A stretch of 64,000 nucleotides of DNA from an uncultured Bacteroidota bacterium (GTDB lineage Bacteria > Bacteroidota > Bacteroidia > Flavobacteriales > Flavobacteriaceae), in the NCBI GenBank assembly GCA_903824755.1, contig CAIJXW010000024.1:228-64227 (forward strand), in the 5' to 3' direction. Of this stretch, positions 57,795 through 64,000 are shown piece after piece; position 1 is the first letter of the stretch, and the number at the start of each line of letters is the position of its first letter. The notes below the pieces were generated by a model. That model did not search any database. It worked only from the letters and a program-made list of their open reading frames with translations, and was not told where the DNA came from. The position numbers were made by a program, and so were the translations under genes.

Positions 57795-57828
57795 TAACCG
57801 TAATTTAATATCTTAACATTTAGATAAT
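57795..57828 (+). promoter_or_regulatory. Putative Pho-box-like direct repeats (TAAC-N7-TAAT twice)
   Basis: TAAC 57795 / TAAT 57806 and TAAC 57814 / TAAT 57825, each pair 11 bp apart, in the divergent promoter region. Confidence 0.35.
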
Positions 57829-58000
57829 ATTAAGAAAATGAACCCTCTTTATTTTATTAAAAATGATTGCTTTAAGTTAAATTTGAGTACAAATATTAGA
57901 AATAACAGCCGCATTATACAAAATTGAAAGGAACGTGCTTCTTTTGGCACATTTTTTGAAATATTTTTATTATATTTACAAACTATTATTGTTTATAATA

Positions 58001-58339
58001 ATGACAAAAAATTACTTATATATTGCCACTTTATTTATTTTCTTCCTTTCTTTTAGCTCAAATGCTCAAGAAAGCAAGTCGCAATATTCTAGAAATCAAG
58101 ACGCAACAATTGATGGGTTGAGTTTCTATCCAAACCCTGTAAGTAATGGTAAAATATATATTATTTCTAAATCATCATTAGATAAAGAAATTTCAATATT
58201 TGATGTTTTAGGAAAAAAAGTGCTTCAGGCAATAATAAACACTAAAGAATTAAACATTTCTTCCCTCTCACCAGGTGTTTATATCATTAAAATTAGAGAA
58301 GGCGAAGCAACAGCCGCCAGAAAACTAATTGTCAAGTAG
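58001..58339 (+). CDS. Small T9SS protein: signal peptide plus type A CTD only
   Basis: MTKNYLY...SNAQ signal, then IDGLSFYPNPV...FDVLGK...GVYIIKI...RKLIVK. Confidence 0.85.
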   Translation: MTKNYLYIATLFIFFLSFSSNAQESKSQYSRNQDATIDGLSFYPNPVSNGKIYIISKSSLDKEISIFDVLGKKVLQAIINTKELNISSLSPGVYIIKIREGEATAARKLIVK

Positions 58340-58436
58340 TCAACTTCTTATCTGTTGATGATAATTAATGTTTTTTTCACATTGAATATAACTTCAATTG
58401 AAAATACTCCTTATATTTGTATTCCTAATTTTAAAA

Positions 58437-60245
58437 ATGAAAAAAATGAAAAAAATTTACATATTATTTACTCTTTTAATTTCTGCAATAGCAATTGGTC
58501 AAACTACTGATTTATATTTTAGTAAATATGGCGAAGGCTCAAGCAATAATAAATTCTTAGAAATTTATAATGGCACGGGAGCTCCAGTAGATTTGATTAA
58601 TTATTCTGTTGAATTATATTCTAATGGTGCGGCAGCAGCTTCAGGTACTTTGACGTTCACTACTTCTACAATTATTGCAGCGGGTGATGTTTATGTAATT
58701 AGAAATAGCGGAGCTTCATTAGGATCTATAACTAGTGCTGCTGACGTTTCTTCGGGAGCATGTAATTTTAATGGTGATGACGCTGTAGCCTTGCTAAAAT
58801 CTGGTGCTGTTATTGACGTTATTGGCTCGATAGGTACAGACCCAGGAACAAGTTGGAGTGTTGCTGGAACAACTGGAGGAACTTTAGATCATACATTGAT
58901 TAGAAAATTATCAGTTTGTAGTCCAAATCCTGTCAATTTAGCTTCTTTTGGAACTGATGCTGCCAATTCTGAATGGGTAGTTTATCCAATTGATGGTGAA
59001 CTTTCTCAACTAGGAAGTCATATCGGTTGTTCTACTAGTCCCTCGTTGAGCATCACATCTCCTTCAAACTCAAGTATTTTAAACCCATTTACGACAAGTG
59101 TTTCTGTTGGTTTGGCTGTTTTTAACTTTACTGTTGCGGCGAATGGATCTGGAACGGGTGCCATTCAATATTCTGTTGATAATGGTGCCGCTGTCATGAA
59201 ATATGACACAACACCAATCGTGTTGAACGGATTATCAATAGGAAATCACAGTGTTGTAGTTTCATTGGTTGATAATAATAATGCTCAATTAACTCCAGCG
59301 GTTTCGGCAACTGTTTCTTTTTCAATTGCAGGAATTTCAAACGTGGCAACAATTGCTGATTTGAGAGCAGGAACTTTAAATGCTTATTATAATCTAACTG
59401 GAACTGCAATAGTTTCGCATGTGCGAAATCCTTCGGGAACAGTTTTGGTTGCTACAACTAGAAATCAAAAATTTATTCAAGATCAAACCGGAGGAATACT
59501 AATAGATGATAGTGCAGGAAAAATTACGACTACTTTCGTTGAGGGTGATGCAATGAGCAATATTCCTGGTCAATTAGTGCCTTATAATGGAATATTAGAA
59601 TTTGTTCCTTTGCAAGATCAATCAGTAGTGTCTGCTAATAATACTATTGTTCCTGAAACAATTTCTATTGCTGACCTTAATACAAATATAAATAACTATG
59701 AATGTGAGTTATTGAAATTTAACAACATTATAATTGAAGGGACTGTTAGCTCAACAGGTGTTTTTACAGCACTTGCCTCTGCTGAAGTTTTCGCAACTGG
59801 AAAAAGCTATAGAGTTACTGACGGAACAACAACAGGGATATTTAGAACAGGATTTAATGAGGCTGACTATATTGGAACTACAGTTCCCTCAACTGCAATT
59901 AACGCTATTGCTTTAGGATATGAAAACGTTAGTTCTGCAAATGTCTCTACACCTCAATTTATTGTTAGAAAGCTTTCGGATATTATTAATCCTTTAAATA
60001 CTCAAACAAATGAAATTGACGGGTTGAAAGTATATCCAAATCCAGTTTCAAATGGTATTTTGCATGTAGATTCCCTTGAAAACACTGTAAAATCAATCTC
60101 CTTATTTGATGTGTTGGGCAAACTAGTACTGAAAACGACTACTGAAAACAATACTATCAATGTTTCTAGTTTAAAAGGCGGAATATATATTCTTAAAATT
60201 ACAGAGGCTGGAAAAACAGCAGTAAGCAAATTAGTTATAAAATAA
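58437..60245 (+). CDS. T9SS-secreted lamin-tail-domain protein
   Basis: DLYFSKYGEGSSNNKFLEIYNGTG...FNGDDAVAL...IDVIG (LTD), Ig-like and OB-like modules, YPNPV CTD. Confidence 0.85.
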   Translation: MKKMKKIYILFTLLISAIAIGQTTDLYFSKYGEGSSNNKFLEIYNGTGAPVDLINYSVELYSNGAAAASGTLTFTTSTIIAAGDVYVIRNSGASLGSITSAADVSSGACNFNGDDAVALLKSGAVIDVIGSIGTDPGTSWSVAGTTGGTLDHTLIRKLSVCSPNPVNLASFGTDAANSEWVVYPIDGELSQLGSHIGCSTSPSLSITSPSNSSILNPFTTSVSVGLAVFNFTVAANGSGTGAIQYSVDNGAAVMKYDTTPIVLNGLSIGNHSVVVSLVDNNNAQLTPAVSATVSFSIAGISNVATIADLRAGTLNAYYNLTGTAIVSHVRNPSGTVLVATTRNQKFIQDQTGGILIDDSAGKITTTFVEGDAMSNIPGQLVPYNGILEFVPLQDQSVVSANNTIVPETISIADLNTNINNYECELLKFNNIIIEGTVSSTGVFTALASAEVFATGKSYRVTDGTTTGIFRTGFNEADYIGTTVPSTAINAIALGYENVSSANVSTPQFIVRKLSDIINPLNTQTNEIDGLKVYPNPVSNGILHVDSLENTVKSISLFDVLGKLVLKTTTENNTINVSSLKGGIYILKITEAGKTAVSKLVIK

Positions 60246-60264
60246 TAATTTTCACAGTATTTAT

Positions 60265-60297
60265 AAAAACTCCAATTCTAAAGTTGGAGTTTTTTTT
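60265..60297 (+). terminator. Intrinsic terminator
   Basis: aaaaactccaatt-cta-aagttggagttttttt. Confidence 0.8.
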
Positions 60298-60324
60298 ATT
60301 TCATACCTTTGTAAAAAAGAATTC

Positions 60325-61305
60325 TTGATTTCAAATATTGACATATTTAGCATTACAAACCAGAAGCAATTTGAGAAAATAGCACTAAAAACCTTCCGTT
60401 TTCAATATGAAAACAACTTGGTTTATCGGGAATTTTGTGAGTTGATGAAAGTCGAAAAAGAAACTGTAAAAGACATTAAACAAATTCCTTTTCTTCCAAT
60501 TCAATTTTTTAAAAGCCACAACGTTATTTCCAGCAACGAGCCTATCCAGCAACTATTTACTAGCAGCGGCACATCAGGCGAAAACACAAGCAAACATTTT
60601 GTTACCGATATTTCATTATATGAAAAAAGTTATCAAAATGGATTTTCACAATTTTATGGAAACATCGAAGATTATGTCGTTTTGGCATTACTACCTTCCT
60701 ATCTTGAACGTGGCGGTTCGTCATTGATATATATGGTTTCGGACTTAATTAAAAAATCAAAACATATAGAAAGTGGTTTTCATCTTCATGATAATGAAGC
60801 CTTGATTTCTAAACTAATTGAACTAGAAAACACTGGAAAAAACATAATTTTGATAGGTGTGACTTATGCTTTATTAGATCTAATCGAACAGCATAGTTTC
60901 CAATTGAAAAACACTATAATAATGGAAACTGGGGGCATGAAAGGACGAAGAAAAGAACTTATTCGTGAAGATTTGCATACCCAATTATGCCAAGGTTTTG
61001 GGGTTTCGGCTATTCATTCAGAATATGGAATGACCGAATTATTGTCGCAAGCGTATTCGCTTGGAAATGGAATTTTTGAATGTCCATCTTGGATGCAAAT
61101 ATTGATTCGCGACACAGAAGACGCCTTAAATTATGTCCAAAACGGAAAAACGGGCGGAATAAATGTCATTGATTTGGCCAATATTAATTCTTGTTCCTTT
61201 ATTGCCACACAAGATTTGGGCAAAAAATATCCCAATGCAGCTTTCGAAGTATTGGGACGTTTTGATCATTCTGATATTCGGGGTTGCAATTTGATGGTGG
61301 TTTAA
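60325..61305 (+). CDS. LuxE/PaaK-like acyl-protein synthetase family protein
   Basis: [53 protein letters not shown]. Confidence 0.85.
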   Translation: MISNIDIFSITNQKQFEKIALKTFRFQYENNLVYREFCELMKVEKETVKDIKQIPFLPIQFFKSHNVISSNEPIQQLFTSSGTSGENTSKHFVTDISLYEKSYQNGFSQFYGNIEDYVVLALLPSYLERGGSSLIYMVSDLIKKSKHIESGFHLHDNEALISKLIELENTGKNIILIGVTYALLDLIEQHSFQLKNTIIMETGGMKGRRKELIREDLHTQLCQGFGVSAIHSEYGMTELLSQAYSLGNGIFECPSWMQILIRDTEDALNYVQNGKTGGINVIDLANINSCSFIATQDLGKKYPNAAFEVLGRFDHSDIRGCNLMVV

Positions 61306-62594
61306 TTCACTCGAATCACAAAATAATTCTTCTTTCCGCTTTGCAATAAAACAAATTGATTATTGATTAAATCTTTTGAGGTAAGCACAAATTCTTCGGT
61401 AACTTTTTCTTTATTTACCGAAATTGAATTGGCTGTCAATGCTCGTCTTGCTTCTCCATTAGATTTTAAGAAACCTGACTTTTCATTCAAAACAGTTACA
61501 ATGTCTATGCCTGTTTCTATATCACTTTTAAGAATTTCGGCTTGTGGAACACCTTCAAAAATTTCTAGAAAAGTGGTTTCGTCTAATTGTTTTAAATCAT
61601 CGGCAGTAGCATTTCCAAACAAAATATTAGATGCTTTTATGGCATTTTCTAAATCAATTGCAGAGTGAACCATAGTCGTGATTTCTTCGGCCAAACGTTT
61701 TTGCAAACTTCGAAGATGAGGTTCCAATCTGTGCTTTTCTGTCAAGTTTACTATTTCTTCTTTTGATAAAAAAGTAAATATTTTTATATATTTTTCAGCA
61801 TCAACATCTGAAGTATTTAGCCAATATTGATAAAATTTATACGGCGAAGTTCGAGCTGAATCTAGCCATATATTACCGCCTTCCGATTTTCCAAATTTGG
61901 TTCCGTCCGCTTTTGTAATCAAAGGACAGGTTAATGCAAATGCTTTTCCGCCAGCAATTCTCCGAACTAATTCTGTTCCAGTAGTAATATTTCCCCACTG
62001 ATCGCTTCCGCCCATTTGCAGGGTGCAACTTTTGTTTTTATACAAATGCAAGAAATCATATCCTTGAACTAACTGATATGTAAATTCTGTAAACGACATT
62101 CCCTCTGCCGACTCGGAAGATAATCGTTTTTTTACAGAGTCTTTTGACATCATATAATTAACGGTGATGTGTTTGCCAATGTCTCGTATGAAATCTAAAA
62201 ACGAAAAGTCTTTCATCCAATCGTAGTTATTGACAAGCTCGGCAGCATTTGGTGCATTGGAAGTAAAATCTAAAAAACGGGCCAATTGCTCTTTTATAGC
62301 TTCTTGATTTTGTCTAAGAGTGGGTTCGTCCAGCAAATTTCTTTCGTTAGATTTTCCTGAAGGATCGCCTATCATTCCGGTCGCTCCACCAACTAGTGCT
62401 AACGGTTTATGACCCGCTAACTGAAAATGTTTCAACAACATCACGCCTACCAAATGTCCAATATGCAAGGAATCTGCAGTTGGATCAATTCCCACATAGG
62501 CAACCCGCATTTGTTCTAGCAAGTGTTCCTCTGTTCCGGGCATTACATCGTGAAGCATCCCTCTCCAAGTAACTTCCTCTATAAAATTCTTCAT
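61302..62594 (-). CDS. tyrS: Tyrosine--tRNA ligase
   Basis: [31 protein letters not shown]. Confidence 0.98.
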   Translation of the reverse strand: MKNFIEEVTWRGMLHDVMPGTEEHLLEQMRVAYVGIDPTADSLHIGHLVGVMLLKHFQLAGHKPLALVGGATGMIGDPSGKSNERNLLDEPTLRQNQEAIKEQLARFLDFTSNAPNAAELVNNYDWMKDFSFLDFIRDIGKHITVNYMMSKDSVKKRLSSESAEGMSFTEFTYQLVQGYDFLHLYKNKSCTLQMGGSDQWGNITTGTELVRRIAGGKAFALTCPLITKADGTKFGKSEGGNIWLDSARTSPYKFYQYWLNTSDVDAEKYIKIFTFLSKEEIVNLTEKHRLEPHLRSLQKRLAEEITTMVHSAIDLENAIKASNILFGNATADDLKQLDETTFLEIFEGVPQAEILKSDIETGIDIVTVLNEKSGFLKSNGEARRALTANSISVNKEKVTEEFVLTSKDLINNQFVLLQSGKKNYFVIRVN

Positions 62595-62684
62595 CTTTTA
62601 ATCAATTTGTACAAAGATAGTTTTAATTGGATAATTTGAAAACCTAACACTCAAAAATCCAACAATCTAATTATATTTGTAGTT

Positions 62685-63686
62685 ATGAATTTAATAACTG
62701 GGGTTACGGGACTTGTTGGCTCGCATATTGCTCTTCGTTTGATCGAAAATGGGGAAGCGGTTCGAGCATTATATAGAACTAGTGAGGGTATCGCAAAAAC
62801 AAAAGCCCTTTTTGATTTGTATAAAAAATCCGAATTATTCCATAAAATTCAATGGATTCAAGGAGATATTACGGTAATCCCAACTTTAGAAAAGGCATTT
62901 GAAAACATTGAAAACGTCTATCACTGTGCCGCTTTTATTTCTTTTGATCCAAAAGAAGAATCAAAAATTAGAAAAATAAATATCGAAGGAACCGCAAATG
63001 TGGTCAATTTTAGTATTGAAAATAATATAAAAAAATTCTGCTTCATAAGTTCAATTGCGGCTTTGGGAGACAAAAAGCCAGGCGAAATTTATATTTCTGA
63101 AACCAATGAATGGAATCCCGAAAAACCACATAGCGATTATGCTATTTCAAAATATGGTGCCGAAATGGAGGTTTGGCGAGGACAAAATGAGGGACTAAAT
63201 GTGGTTATTTTGAATCCAGGAGTAATTTTAGGACCTGGGTTTTGGGAGCAAGGAAGTGGTGTTATTTTCAATAAAACCTTTGCAGGATATAGATTGTTCA
63301 CAAAAGGCACTACTGGCTTTGTAGCTGTAATAGATGTAGTAGCGATTGCAATTCTTTTAATGAAAAAAGAATGTTTCGGGGAACGATTTGTTGTTGTTTC
63401 CGAAAATTTAACGTTTCGGGCAATTCAAAATTGGATTTCAGATGCATTAAATGAAAAAAATCCGCCCATTTATATTTCTAAATGGGTTTGCAGTATTGCG
63501 GTTCGTCTGGACTGGATTGCTAGTGTTTTTTTCTTCCAAAAAAGAAGATTGTCAAGTGACGGAATGCGTTCTATTAACAGAAAAAATAAGTTCTCAAATT
63601 CAAAAATAATAGAATTTACAAATTTTAAATTTCAAGTAATTAAACCCGCAATTGAAACAATTAATGCCTTACAAAAACAAAAATAA
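62685..63686 (+). CDS. NAD-dependent epimerase/dehydratase (extended SDR)
   Basis: TGVTGLVGSH, YHCAA, YAISK. Confidence 0.9.
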   Translation: MNLITGVTGLVGSHIALRLIENGEAVRALYRTSEGIAKTKALFDLYKKSELFHKIQWIQGDITVIPTLEKAFENIENVYHCAAFISFDPKEESKIRKINIEGTANVVNFSIENNIKKFCFISSIAALGDKKPGEIYISETNEWNPEKPHSDYAISKYGAEMEVWRGQNEGLNVVILNPGVILGPGFWEQGSGVIFNKTFAGYRLFTKGTTGFVAVIDVVAIAILLMKKECFGERFVVVSENLTFRAIQNWISDALNEKNPPIYISKWVCSIAVRLDWIASVFFFQKRRLSSDGMRSINRKNKFSNSKIIEFTNFKFQVIKPAIETINALQKQK

Positions 63687-63689
63687 ATA

Positions 63690-63998
63690 CTATTGTTGGG
63701 TTTCAGGGTTGTACTTTATTCCCATGTTTTTTTGTAGTTTTTGGGAAACTTGATTATAAATCTCTTTATATTTTTTTAGATCTGTCGCATAATATTTATT
63801 GCTTTTAGCAAAACGAATGCTATCTATGCCATATTTTTTTAGAATATACGTTGTTGGATTAATAGAAATCGAATCGGGCGAAACGGCATTTTGAGATTTG
63901 ATAGCGTCAAGAATTGATAAATCATATATAATAGCAACCATAGTGTTCTCGTCTATTAGTCTTTCTGGTTTTTCGACAATTGGTTTTTGACAACTGGT
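63690..63998 (-). CDS. DUF4296-like lipoprotein (5'-truncated by the window end)
   Basis: The frame stays open upstream of the track ORF: ..TSCQKPIVEKPERLIDENTMVAIIYDL...KKYGIDS..F.KSN.YY. Confidence 0.75.
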   Translation of the reverse strand, partial: TSCQKPIVEKPERLIDENTMVAIIYDLSILDAIKSQNAVSPDSISINPTTYILKKYGIDSIRFAKSNKYYATDLKKYKEIYNQVSQKLQKNMGIKYNPETQQ

Positions 63999-64000
63999 TA

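Noticed and set aside
1-64000. CRISPR array, rRNA, IS transposase, defence or toxin-antitoxin genes
   Set aside because: No regularly spaced repeat-spacer array or recognisable motifs found by eye

Overview
AT-rich chromosomal window from a Flavobacterium-like member of the Bacteroidota (TAnnTTTG promoters, SusC/D, T9SS C-terminal domains). It opens with the edge of a probable integrative element: the 5' end of a tyrosine integrase, tandem arm-type repeats, IHF-consensus sites and a probable tRNA-Phe 3'-end duplicate. Next comes a complete starch/maltodextrin utilisation locus (0.6-20.7 kb), then mostly housekeeping genes: mevalonate pathway, hemW, ruvC, trxA, dnaE, rpsP/rimM, Fe-S/ferredoxin genes, trmB, a PhoBR-like pair, tyrS, two tRNAs (Leu-TAG, Asp-GTC) and several T9SS cargo genes. 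Unannotated signals found by reading the DNA: (i) three copies of a structured intergenic repeat (Flavo-1-like), each with a kilobase-scale zone of synonymous adenine depletion on the strand carrying the element's sense orientation, suggesting element-directed local mutagenesis; (ii) a four-segment attenuator-like leader with an 8-codon uORF in front of the maltose MFS operon; (iii) a phoU C-terminal relic marking a probable deletion of the pst operon; (iv) a candidate small RNA and REP-like elements. Codon counts were made by hand and family assignments come from recognised motifs, not database searches.
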